DNA of 61,256 bases from contig NC_027216.1 of assembly GCF_000981445.1 (NCBI RefSeq), positions 2,480,001-2,541,256 of the forward strand, written 5' to 3'. Below the pieces are notes generated by a model that made no database searches, had not been told where the DNA came from, and worked only from the letters and a program-made list of their open reading frames with translations. Position numbers and translations under genes: made by a program. Below are positions 11,706 through 23,100 of this stretch, piece by piece. Within the stretch, counting starts at the first letter, position 1; every line of letters starts with the position of its first letter. Source of the DNA: Babesia bigemina. Its lineage: Eukaryota.

Positions 11706-13997
11706 TTCACGGGCGTGGATTATATGCTTGTTACAACTTACAAACGTTACGCTCCGCTACAGCGTAGGCGGGGGCGCTGGCCTCCATTCTCCCCCTAGCG
11801 AGGATATAATTGGGCACCTGTTAATACGCCCGGTCCGTTCCGTGTCGAATGGTCCAATAACACGATTGCTTTGTGCCATTCCTGGAAGGGTTATGTTAAT
11901 TCGATCGGGAGCGCTGATGCGTGTGTCCGTTCAAGCATATGAACAAATCGATTAGCTTATTCTTCTATTCACAATATGGTCTTGTGTTGATCTTAGAAAC
12001 CTAGTCGTTCGTGTAACCGGCGTTTGCAGCGTGCTTTTTACCGTCATTCCGGCGCCACAATTACATGGCCGACGCTGAAACCGTAAAAATTGCAACCCAT
12101 CGTCGTATCTGTAACACTTCACTGTCTAATACGTAAATACAAGGGAGCTTGTGGAGGGATTATTAACATTGTGTCAGCTCCCATTGCCCTGAGTATCGAT
12201 GTCAAGTAGCGGTAATGCTCCGACTCCTAAGGTGGAGTTAGCATATTCCCTCATTGTTGGCATGCCTCTGGAGTAATTAAATCATATCACAAGCAGCATT
12301 CAGCACTAGCATATGAATAAACGTCATATGATAAAGCGATAGATGCATCTACCCAATGGCACTAGCAAGGCTGATCTATGCTTGGAACCGAGGTCACGCC
12401 CAAAGGCTTTAGCCCGGAATGTTTCGGAGGATGTAAACCTGTGCATTAATTGATGCGAGGTGTATGCGATTGTCAGTACGGATATTCAACGTGGTATGAA
12501 TTCTCCTGTATGGCCGAGTGCGTTACACGTTACTCACCCAGTAGATGCATTGGGTCATCTAACCAATTACACTTGTCACTTAAGTGCAGTACCTATATCG
12601 TATCACTTATTATATGCATTTTTCTTTTACATGAAGGTTACATTTAACTGCAATGTTAACACCGAACCACAAATTTTGACATTAACTTTCAAGTCGCATT
12701 CCTGTACACTGGGCGAACTATTGAGTTGTGTCCTGCACAACGTGTTTTCTTCAGTTCTGACATGTTCTCAAAATAGCATGTCTTCGCTGCCCAAGCTAAA
12801 GATCACGACATGAGACGCACGCTTACTTTTCTCAACCCAGCCCATGAAGCTCTAAGCTATGTGGTCAAATCTTGTGATAGCATTTAATCATTGTCATCGC
12901 AATTCAGATGCATCCGCTGTAACATTAGATAGCATGTGTATTAGCGGATTGTGGGTAAATGATGAGCAAACAATGTCAAAACGATACGTCTTTTCAGAGG
13001 TTGTCCAACGTGACTAGTCACTGATAAGGTATTTAGTTACTACCATTAGTGGAGACGCTGAGGTGATTTAAAAGGCGTCATATATTATGCATTGTTCCGT
13101 AATAAAGACGTTGCCGAGCTTTTAAGTTGTGATCATGCGTTCAATTTGAGATGTCGCATCTTCTCAGTTTTGGCAATACGAATTTCTCCGGATGTATCAT
13201 GAATCTTTGTTACGTAGAAAACCACTTAACAACATTGTCACCTATTATGCATCATATAAGCAGCTATGGAAACACTCGATTAAGTTGCTGAAATGGGGAA
13301 CACGATTAAGAGGTTTCAATCGACAGCGATGCTACCAGCCAGCATCGTTAAGTTTATGTGTCGCAGGCATGAACAGCTCATCTGATCAGTATGTAACTCT
13401 GCAGCCTTGCATATACGGGTACGTGTTTTCGACGTGTATCTCAACGACGTGCCACGTGTATTATGTTGGCAACCCATGACCTCTGGACTGAAATGCACAT
13501 ACGCGTTTGAGGCAGACGTATTCTCTGCCAAAGCGTACAAATCGCATAGTTCGGGCGTGTTGCGGATTTCAAACATAATGGGCACGTATTGCGTATCAGG
13601 TGGATATTTGGTTGTAAGAAATGCGGCTCCAGGAAACTACAAGCCAACGTTGATGTAGTGCTGTGTATACTCATCATTGTAAAAAAACGTATAAATCACT
13701 CGGAATGGTAGCAATTGAATCCTTATGTGGTGTTGGAATTACCCCGCGACCATCCATTGTACTGCTTACGGTAAGACAGTATTCCAGACAGTTATCTGTC
13801 ACACAAGCCATGCATGGCGCATTTGCTACCGTGGCGTTCTTTACCGTAACGATGCACCAGCAATGTGTGCTACACCTAAGCTATGAACAGACCTACAAAG
13901 TGGCCCTAGCCGAACGTAACCACACCGCAGTACACCAGTCAGAGCATATACATTACACTGCATAATGCATAACAACATGAATATGTGAATGTGTTAA

Positions 13998-16900
13998 CTA
14001 TTGAACTACAAGTTGACTAAGTGTGTCTTCGTCGAAGTAGTCGACGTCTTTGTAAAGTGAGAGCATCTTCCGGCCTTTCGTGAGTAAGGCCTTGACGTCG
14101 ATGCGGTGTGAAGCCTTGGTGCGGATAAGGTGTGATCGTGTGCGCAGCACGTCCAGGCGGTACAGCATAGTGTTGGCGAGGATTAGGGATGCGAGAGACC
14201 AGAGTGCGACGAGAGTGAAGATGAATGGCTCCCGGATGTTGTAGAGAAACTCGTCCATGGCGGTCATGAGTGATGCGATAGGCCCACCGTTCACAATTCC
14301 CTTCAGCTTGGAAATGACGTCTGCACATTTGAGTGGTGACTGCAATATGCCCTCCGGCGGCGTGAACCCGTGAGAGTAGAGGAGGGGCAGCGCATAGGGG
14401 CATGAGTGGAGGGATGAACACTTGCTGCTGCCACGATGTTTTTGCAAATCATAGTGCAATTTTTCCAGTGACTCCCACAGCCTGTCCGGCAGGTACACCG
14501 CCCAGCTGAGGTAGGTGTGGGCGAAGCTTTGGGAGTACAGGGCGTACGCCCGGTAGGTGGTGGGCGAGCAATGCGGATGACAGGTGGCAGAGTCACTGCC
14601 GCAGCCAACCAGTGTTGACAGGGTACGGGGATGCTCGTTGTCGTGGTTGTTAATGGAGATAATGTTGAGAGCCTCGGAGCCTCGGATGCCACTGACAGCT
14701 TGGAGGTCGGAGGCACCAAGACGGTCCCAGTCGGGGCAGTCGGCATGTGAAGTGGAGAGGGATGAGCCCAGTAGAGACAATGACTTTGACGCATAATTGT
14801 GCAACTCCATACCGAAATAATGGAAGTACGACACAAGTTCCCCTGTTGTCCTCGGCGTCCGCCTGGTGAGGCAGTTGAGGTAGGAGGACAGGGTCAGCAG
14901 GGGGTCATCGCCGCCGCAGCTGGGAGAGAGGATGGTGGAAATGACACTCCCCAGTTGCGACGTCTTTGGCAAATCCACGTTCTTAAATCCCATCCTGACT
15001 CTGCTCTTGAGGCACGGGTTGCACGGGTCGAAGAGGTGAGTCTCGAAGTCGGAGTCCCAGCCGTCGGTCAGGAACGACTGTAGGGGGGAGTTGGGAGAAG
15101 TTATGACACTCCCATACTTACAATCTCGCCACCCACCATGAGACTGATGTCGCTTACATTGCGACTTGAGGAACTGCAACTGGTGGTGGCAGGCGTACAC
15201 GTAGTCACGCAGCTGGCAGAGGAGACAGGCGGGGTCGGGGGAATATTCATATTGAGGCGCTTTACTGTAGTTGTCATTTTTGTACGCAATATGCGGGTCA
15301 TGTAAACCTTGAATGCCCATAAGCACAATAATACTGTACTGGCAGCTGAGCCTCAGGGCCTGAGTAACTTCATTACCAACTATGCATTTTGGAACCGCAG
15401 CCAACTCCACAGTCTCAATAGTACTGGACAATGATTCTGTTTGTTTGGCATAATTCCCTACCAGATCTGAAATATATTTTTCCAATGTGTCGTAGACTGC
15501 GGAGTGCCGGAGCCCTGCCAGCCAGTATAGCATCTCACGCACTGTTCTGGGCAGAACGTCAGTATACAGAAAACGTGAATGTGAATCATTTGGCATGTGT
15601 GGCATCTCATCAGCGCGCCCGGGTTTTGAAACACCCATTTGCGATAACATCCAAGGTGGTGTACAAGACGTGCCGTCCTGTGTGACCGACGGAGGGTCGC
15701 CGGGAAATAGAGTGATTGAGTCAGGAGGTTTGTGGAGCTCTGAGTAAAACGGCGTGCGCGTATGAAAAGGGTTTTTCGGTACCGCCGGCACGGGCGGCGG
15801 GCGCTTTTTTGGTAGGATGTCCGTTAGTGGCACATCATGTTTAACAACAGCGGGCTCGTATATGTCAACGGAACGCTTATATTGCATATGATCAGGCACC
15901 GGGGTTGCATCCAGTGTCAATGGTGCCGGGAACAAGTCGGTGTCATCATTGGTGCTGTTTTTCAGTGCTTCACCACTGACATTCAAAACTATTTGGGAAG
16001 GATCAATTTCGAGTGCTTGAGACAGTAACGGAGCTTCTACAGTTGTGCGTGATCCAGACGCGCTTTTACGATGCTGATGATTATCATTTAACACAATACC
16101 CTGAGGAATTGCACGGAACATCTGAAGTACAGGTTTGCTTGGCGGCGGAGGATCGTGCCACTGAGGCGCCTTATGTTTCAGGGAGTAGCCCATCGGGACG
16201 TCAATATTGCTAGATATGGGAGGAAACGTAGATCTAGGAATTCCTTTGGAGCTAGGCGTTGCCTTTCCATCAAGTTTCACTGCCTCCATACCCGGATGAA
16301 TTGGTACAACTGTACCGAGTGCATCGCGTTTTGTGTTCCTTTCATTCATCTCAGAAATCAGTCGATCAGCATGGGGGTACGTAGGCTGTTCGGCGTGTTG
16401 CTTTAGAATTTCAGTTTCAATTTCAATTCCCTGGTGCAATGCTCGAAGATGTCGGTCATTGGTCTCCTGACGTTTGCGTTGTTCATCCTGTTTCGCACGT
16501 TCTTGTTCTTCCGCTATTTTAATTTTGTCCAAAACATCAGGCGTCAAGTAGTGGCTGGATGTTGTGGTTGGCATTGGCATCGTAGAATTTGTATGACAGA
16601 TTGACCTGCCAATGTGCATAGACGGGTCATTAGAACACGTGCTGGCATTCACCTTATTAGGATAAGCGTTTTGTCCAATTCTTGTTTTTTGAAGGATATT
16701 TTCTTGAACTGCTTTCCGTAATGCTTCCTCCTGTACACGTTGCCTTATTGTATGTAGATTTGAATTCACTGATTGTATTAGGCTTTTCATTTTTTCCTCA
16801 TCGATTGTCCGTTTTGCTTGTTGTTCTAGCCCATAAGCATTCCAACGCTTTTTACGCTCTGCATCTAGATCCTTTTTAGGAATCCCAGGCTCTTTCTTTG

Positions 16901-18959
16901 GTCCACCACTCCCTACTCCAGCTCCACCACCACCTGAACCGGAACTCGGCCCAGATACCGTGTTACTGTCACTCGCACCTGACTGAGGTCCTCGACCACT
17001 TCCTTGAGCGGGGTCAGAAGTAGCTGCCTGGATACCCTTGCCCCTACCACTACCGGAACCAGGGGCACCAGATTGCAGTGGAACTGGGGGTGGAACACTT
17101 GGAGGCTGACTGGAAGCCGCAGTTGGAGGGGCAAGAGGTTGGTCACCCGAAGCATCACCGCCATTGGAACCCTGAGGCTTCCCACCTGCCGGACCAGCGG
17201 CGCCACGTTCTGGAGCACTAGGGGGAGACGGTGGGCTTTGGATATTGTTTGTTGGCTGTGAAACGAGGACTTGAGAAGGTTTCGAAGCCAATGGACTTTG
17301 AGGTACCTGCTGGCCTCGATCACCATTACTGCTTACTGGTCCTTTAACTCCTGTAGCACCGGGAGTGGTATCTGGAGAAGATGTTACAACTTGCGGACCT
17401 GGAAGCTTATATTCACTCTGATCATTGTTTTGATTTGGAGTTCCTCCAGTATTTTGAACATGAGGCTTGGCGGCCTCAGTTTTAGTCGCCTCGGTTTTGG
17501 TGGCAAGCGAAGCCGGTTGACCAGAAGGCCCTGCCGGGCCCTCAACTGCGGGTGGACCAGGCTGTTGAGCACCTTGTACCTGATTATTTTGACCTTGAGG
17601 ATCCCCTCCATCTCCTGATGCTCCTCTACCACGCAGGACTATATGATGCACCGTATTGTGATGCCCTCCGGTACCTTGAGCGACCGCTGCGTTTGCACCT
17701 GAAGGCCGTGGTGCCGGCGCAGGTTTGGGGGATCTGGGCGCAGGCGCGGCCACGGGTTTGGGGAGCTTACAGCCTGCACCGTCAAGAATTTTCTTAAGCT
17801 TCGCCAAACCGTCATTGTTGCTCTTCAGCACACCAATTACACGTTTCCACTTGGGTGGCAATGTGTTCCAGGCGTTACCCATCGTTCCATAGCTGTTCTC
17901 ACCAAATATGAAACCGTATGGAAACAGGTTCTCGGTGACGAATGGCTGAAGTTTCGATAATCGTATACTGGCATCTGCAGGGTAGTGTATACTAATCTTC
18001 TTAACATTACTGTGGATTGCGGGCAAATGCTTTCTAAACCAGGTTGCCGTTTCCCCCATGAATTTCTCAGTGTTAAGGCTATTTCCCTTGGGCACCTGGC
18101 CGGTGTGTGAAAAGGCTTTATCGTTGAAAAATTTCTTTAATTGTTGTTCAAGATCTTTACAGTGCTCTGATAGCTGAGGCCAATCAACGCATTTATTCTG
18201 TGTTCTTATACCCTCTTCTACAGCTCCTTTTAATTTCGTACCGTCTCGGTCTGTCCTCACAGTCTCGCAAAACAACTTCACCATTGCAAGAACGTTCGCA
18301 GTGTTCACCATGTGGATACCAGCGTCCGAGTACACTGAAGTGACAGATATGTCGCGAAATTCATTATGGGTTTGTTTGTTCAAAATATTCTTAAGGTCAT
18401 TAACCATGTTACTACCATATGTATAGGCCTTGCCAGTACGATCGTGGTAACCATATGTCACCTCGTCGGGACCGAATCCTCCAGGTATCAGTTCGAGCTG
18501 TAAAGATCCGGCCAATCGGAGATACGTTTGCAGGCCACCGCCATAATCATTCCCCCACCCCCACCAAGTGTTCTCCCATCCAACATACAAATCCCTCCAC
18601 TTACCTCCACCCACTGCATCGAGTTTATAATCCACGTTGTACCAGATGTAATACAAGGCGGCGAGGAATTTCGGTAGGCACTCAAGGAGGGCGTCGAGGG
18701 TTTGTTTTCCGTTCTTATGGCCATAATTGCCTGCAGTCGGTATATTGACCAATTTATGATAGAAACTGGATACATTTTTAAGGAATTCAATAAAGTAATC
18801 AGGCAATCTTCCTGTATACGAAATATGATTGTAAGACGTATCACAACGTTTAGCCAGTTCTTCAGCCACCTTACCTTGCATATCTGTGTCTCCTTTGAAC
18901 CACTCCAGGAACTGGAGACAGTCCCTAAGAGTGCGAAGTTCAATTCCATGCCCCGTCAT
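13998..18959 (-). CDS. Large VESA-related variant surface protein (Babesia family often annotated 'ribosome-binding protein 1, putative')
   Basis: N-terminus MTGHGIELRTLRDCLQFLEW, a Pro/Gly/Gln low-complexity middle, and conserved PRTVREMLYWL, DPACLLCQLRDYVYAC, SPLQSFLTD and YLSWAVYLP. C-terminal TM followed by the tail LDVLRTRSHL..HRIDVKALL..YFDED. Confidence 0.85.
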   Translation of the reverse strand: MTGHGIELRTLRDCLQFLEWFKGDTDMQGKVAEELAKRCDTSYNHISYTGRLPDYFIEFLKNVSSFYHKLVNIPTAGNYGHKNGKQTLDALLECLPKFLAALYYIWYNVDYKLDAVGGGKWRDLYVGWENTWWGWGNDYGGGLQTYLRLAGSLQLELIPGGFGPDEVTYGYHDRTGKAYTYGSNMVNDLKNILNKQTHNEFRDISVTSVYSDAGIHMVNTANVLAMVKLFCETVRTDRDGTKLKGAVEEGIRTQNKCVDWPQLSEHCKDLEQQLKKFFNDKAFSHTGQVPKGNSLNTEKFMGETATWFRKHLPAIHSNVKKISIHYPADASIRLSKLQPFVTENLFPYGFIFGENSYGTMGNAWNTLPPKWKRVIGVLKSNNDGLAKLKKILDGAGCKLPKPVAAPAPRSPKPAPAPRPSGANAAVAQGTGGHHNTVHHIVLRGRGASGDGGDPQGQNNQVQGAQQPGPPAVEGPAGPSGQPASLATKTEATKTEAAKPHVQNTGGTPNQNNDQSEYKLPGPQVVTSSPDTTPGATGVKGPVSSNGDRGQQVPQSPLASKPSQVLVSQPTNNIQSPPSPPSAPERGAAGPAGGKPQGSNGGDASGDQPLAPPTAASSQPPSVPPPVPLQSGAPGSGSGRGKGIQAATSDPAQGSGRGPQSGASDSNTVSGPSSGSGGGGAGVGSGGPKKEPGIPKKDLDAERKKRWNAYGLEQQAKRTIDEEKMKSLIQSVNSNLHTIRQRVQEEALRKAVQENILQKTRIGQNAYPNKVNASTCSNDPSMHIGRSICHTNSTMPMPTTTSSHYLTPDVLDKIKIAEEQERAKQDEQRKRQETNDRHLRALHQGIEIETEILKQHAEQPTYPHADRLISEMNERNTKRDALGTVVPIHPGMEAVKLDGKATPSSKGIPRSTFPPISSNIDVPMGYSLKHKAPQWHDPPPPSKPVLQMFRAIPQGIVLNDNHQHRKSASGSRTTVEAPLLSQALEIDPSQIVLNVSGEALKNSTNDDTDLFPAPLTLDATPVPDHMQYKRSVDIYEPAVVKHDVPLTDILPKKRPPPVPAVPKNPFHTRTPFYSELHKPPDSITLFPGDPPSVTQDGTSCTPPWMLSQMGVSKPGRADEMPHMPNDSHSRFLYTDVLPRTVREMLYWLAGLRHSAVYDTLEKYISDLVGNYAKQTESLSSTIETVELAAVPKCIVGNEVTQALRLSCQYSIIVLMGIQGLHDPHIAYKNDNYSKAPQYEYSPDPACLLCQLRDYVYACHHQLQFLKSQCKRHQSHGGWRDCKYGSVITSPNSPLQSFLTDGWDSDFETHLFDPCNPCLKSRVRMGFKNVDLPKTSQLGSVISTILSPSCGGDDPLLTLSSYLNCLTRRTPRTTGELVSYFHYFGMELHNYASKSLSLLGSSLSTSHADCPDWDRLGASDLQAVSGIRGSEALNIISINNHDNEHPRTLSTLVGCGSDSATCHPHCSPTTYRAYALYSQSFAHTYLSWAVYLPDRLWESLEKLHYDLQKHRGSSKCSSLHSCPYALPLLYSHGFTPPEGILQSPLKCADVISKLKGIVNGGPIASLMTAMDEFLYNIREPFIFTLVALWSLASLILANTMLYRLDVLRTRSHLIRTKASHRIDVKALLTKGRKMLSLYKDVDYFDEDTLSQLVVQ

Positions 18960-20157
18960 CCTTTCCACTTCCTATCACACAATAAGCTACTTTTACAAAG
19001 CACCGAAGTTAGAGTACAAATGCTGTTAACCAGAAAACGCTAAAGTTACAAAAGATGTGCTGATGCCCCTACCAAAAACACCTATCCACGCCGCTAAGTG
19101 CGCTAGGTGAAAAGGCTACAATGCACAAAGTTGACGGACAGACGTATCTCATGGTAGGAAAACGAATTTCGACAAGCGTGGAACCGCAGCCAATCACTTG
19201 TCCACTCCGCCCTCGTAGACAACATGACAGACTGAAACGATACCACCATCCCACCTACCTGAGAAGGGAAGGCAGCACGTCTATGTATTTGGCAAGACTT
19301 TAGTGTGACTGACATGAACGGCTGGAACAGAGGGGTGACGGCATACCACACGGGGGGTCCGGGTGAACGGCCTGCCACCTCCCTCAACCCCGCATTTCGT
19401 TGTTGCCAAACCTTCACCCCTCAGCGTATGCAGCCATTTGAAAAACCGGCATCCAACCGACCGACCGCAACACGACAGCTGCGCGTCTTGCACCACGGAT
19501 ATACCAGTGAGATAAATGCATGTGACTCATATTTCTTGCCGCAACATGCGTATCAACAGACATGGTAATCGTGCTGCTTCGACTTGACCCAGCATAGAGC
19601 ACGTCACCTCACCGCCGTCTCTACTAGACAGGCTACTGTTGCCTTCCCGGCCGCCTAGACAGACCATTATGGGGGCAAAGTGGGGTTGCCATCTTAGTGA
19701 TGTCTACAGTGCGGCCCACTGACGCCGCTTAACCATTCCGTCTCGCGGAAATCACGTTGACTTAGATTTCTGCACTCATTAATCATTTCATAACCAAATA
19801 ACTACCATACCACACAACTAGCAGACACATAACCGACAACTTCAGCTAATGAGACCGATTAACCAGTAGCCTATATGATAAACTACCCATCTTCTCAGAC
19901 AACTGAGATCATCAAAACAAATCGCCAAAAATAAACGACAGCCCAAAACTCAACATACCAAACAACAGTAAACGTCTTAATGGGTTGACTACGTTAGACA
20001 TTAGGTTTGGAGGTAGGTTAGGCGGTGGGTTGTTTTTTAGTTGGACTGATGTGTTATTGATAAGCTTCGTCAGAGTTACAAGAGGTATGACACGGAGTCG
20101 CAGTGATATACATATTGACTAGAGTATCTTCGACCGGCGACTAACGTTATCCTCCAG

Positions 20158-23100
20158 GTGCGGCACTGTGCTAGGATTTCGACACTGTTAGACGGTCTCT
20201 GTATACCGTTCTACAATGTTGTTCATAACCTTGAAAGATCTCTGTCGTTTCGAACCGCATCAGAAGAGCCGTCAGCCTGCGATGTCATTTCACGATTGTC
20301 AACGATTCAAGGCTCTGCTCCGGAAGACTCTGAGAATCCTCATAAAAACATTATACATAATCTCTGTGCCTCCGCTGGCAGCCTCTTAGGTTGTCGATAC
20401 CCCGGGACCTACGACGGTTCCGCGATTGTATATGGCAACGCCTCTCGTCTGTGCGATGCCATCCTGGCATTCCTGTATGCCGTGTTCAGTGATGTGTATG
20501 GTAACCAGCCGTACGTTGCTGGTAGAGATGTATTGTATGATGATGTGATTGTGCAGCTGAAATCCCAACTATGGCGTGGCCACAAGGGGTTTCGTCAAGC
20601 CATCCACAAGGTGGCCACTGGCCTCCAGAGGTACAATGCCGCTGTCGAGGCTTCGAACAAGAAAGTCAAGGAGCCGATGGAAACTGTGTTGGAATACGTG
20701 AAACCAGATGGTGAGTTGTGTCAAGGTATAAAAGATTTGCAGATATCGGAAACATCGACGTCAGCTGAAGATGAGAGAACTGTGGACGCCGCGGTCACCC
20801 TGGTGGAGCGGTGCAGAGAGGTTGCCAGGGTGTTTTCCAAAAGCTTGACAGCGGTAAAAGATGCCATTAACGACCTGAACCCCAAGCTGAAAAGAAAGCT
20901 CGAGAACGCCAGGAGAAGCTTTTTCAATCACGTCGACTGGCTGAGCAAGTGGTCCAAGAAGGGGCAGAAAAAGCGGTTGGACAAGATGATACAAAAAATG
21001 AAGAGTAGGCTTAAACAGCTCGCGAAGGCAGTCAAGGACAGAATTAAACAAGAAGTGCATACGGTTGTCGAGTTGTTGAAGAAACGTGTTAGGGAGATTA
21101 AAATGAAGTTGGAAGGCATTACTGTCAGTCTGGAGAAATATGTCAACGAACTCGGGCAGTGTATGGGAGAGGCAAAAAAGTATATTAAGGATGTGAAAAA
21201 GTATGTTAATGACATAATGCAGCAACTTGATGGAGAGAATAGGCAGGCGATTGACAAGGCAGCCGCGGACATTGATAGTGAGCTTGGCAAGAGAGTTGAG
21301 GAGTTGAATCAGTGGATTGAGAATGCGGAGGCCGCCGTTACTGTGGCTAAGGAGAAGGCGGATGAAGTGCATAAAAGAGTGGATAAAGGAGATAAGAATC
21401 AGAAGATTGGTGGAGGACTTAAGAAGATTGAAGCTGCAAGAAGCCAAGTTGAGAGCGTGAGTCAGGATATACAAACTGTTCACGGTGATTTGGAGTCTTG
21501 GCAAACTGCGGCGCAAGGTGTCCTCAGCAACGCTGCTAAGACGGCCGGAGAGGTGAGTAAGCAATTGGATCCCTCACAACATGGTGATCCCCATCCAATC
21601 GGTGAGAACCTTGTGAATATTGAGACCGCTAATAAGACTATTTCATCCGCAAATGAACAACTCAAAAGTCAAGTAGATAATTTGAACCAATGGATCACCG
21701 AAGCAGATGAAATCCGCAAGAATGCGCAGCAGAAAGCCGAGGAGGTTTACAAAAGTTTGACAGTTCATGAGCAGCTTAGTAAGAAAATCAAAGATATTCA
21801 GAATGCAAATAAGGAAATACAGAATGTTCATAGTGGTCTGAGTAGTGTGGACGACAAGTTGGAAGCGTGGAAGCAAGAGGCTGCGAATGTGATTCAAGGG
21901 GTGGTTGACAGGATGACGGAAGTGCATAAGAAGTTGGATCACGGAGATGAACATCAACCGATTGGTCGAGGAATCACTCAGATTAAAGATGCTAGAGCAA
22001 AGGTTGAAGAAGTCGATAACGGGTTAACATCTGTTAACGACGATTTGCAGAAATGGAGGGAGGCGGCGAACATTGTGCTTAATATAGCGGTGAACAGAGC
22101 AAAGGATGTGCATAAAGCATTGGATCCTACGAAAGGAGATGCGAACCATCCTATTGGTCAAAAACTTAATGAAATTGATACTGCTAATAATGAAATTAAA
22201 AGCGCAAATGAGAAGCTTAAAACACAAGTTGAGGCTTTGCACAAGTGGATTGAAACTGCAGAAAATATCCGCACCGCCGCTGAAGCAAGGGCCAAGGAAG
22301 CCTATGACAAGCTGGACGTTCATCAGGAGCTGAGCAAGAATGTTAAGAGGATTGTGGATGCTAAAGACAGGATTAACGAAGTGCATAGAGCAGTTGAAAC
22401 GCAAGTTGAGGAGTTGGGACGGTGGAAAGATAAGGCTGAAGAGGTGATTGGCGGGGCGGTTGAAAAGGCGCAGTACGTTCATGATAGGTTAGATATAGGT
22501 GGTAAAGGGACGCAGTTGAATAGACAAATAGAGGGAATTGAACAGGCAAATACGTCGATTCAAAATGCAAATAAAACGCTCGAAGAACATGTTGCCAATC
22601 TGGGTAAGTGGCAGACTGCAGCCAGGGATGTCATTGACAAGGCCGACGATAAGTGTGATGAGATACTCAAGAGGGTTAAGACAGATCCCAGCAGCAAGAA
22701 GGATTCAATTTATAAGCAATCTGCATTGTTGAGAGATAGAGGCACAAAGCTTTTGCAAGCTGCTACTGACGCTAAGCATAAAGTTGAGTCCAAGGTGAAG
22801 GATGCTTTGGACGCTGTGGAGGCCATGGACTCCGATCTCAAGAAGGATTTGTTTGAAGTGAAGAAAAAAATTAAGGAGGGGATAAACAAAGTGATTAGTG
22901 AGTTGAAGGTTGGTGAGTTGGGTGAGGCAGTGCAGAAGGATTTGAAGCAGTTGAGGGATAGGATTGAGGGGCTTGGTAAAGGTCTGACAGACACCAACGA
23001 AGATAATCCGATGGTCGGCAGTCACATAAAAATTCTTAAAAGTCATAAGGATACGCTGGGCGGTGCTGTTAACAACATTAAGACTGAAACGGAGAAGAAG

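Noticed and set aside
11710..13990. Short ORFs in the boundary region
   Set aside because: No recognisable motifs or consistent splice model; left as intergenic.
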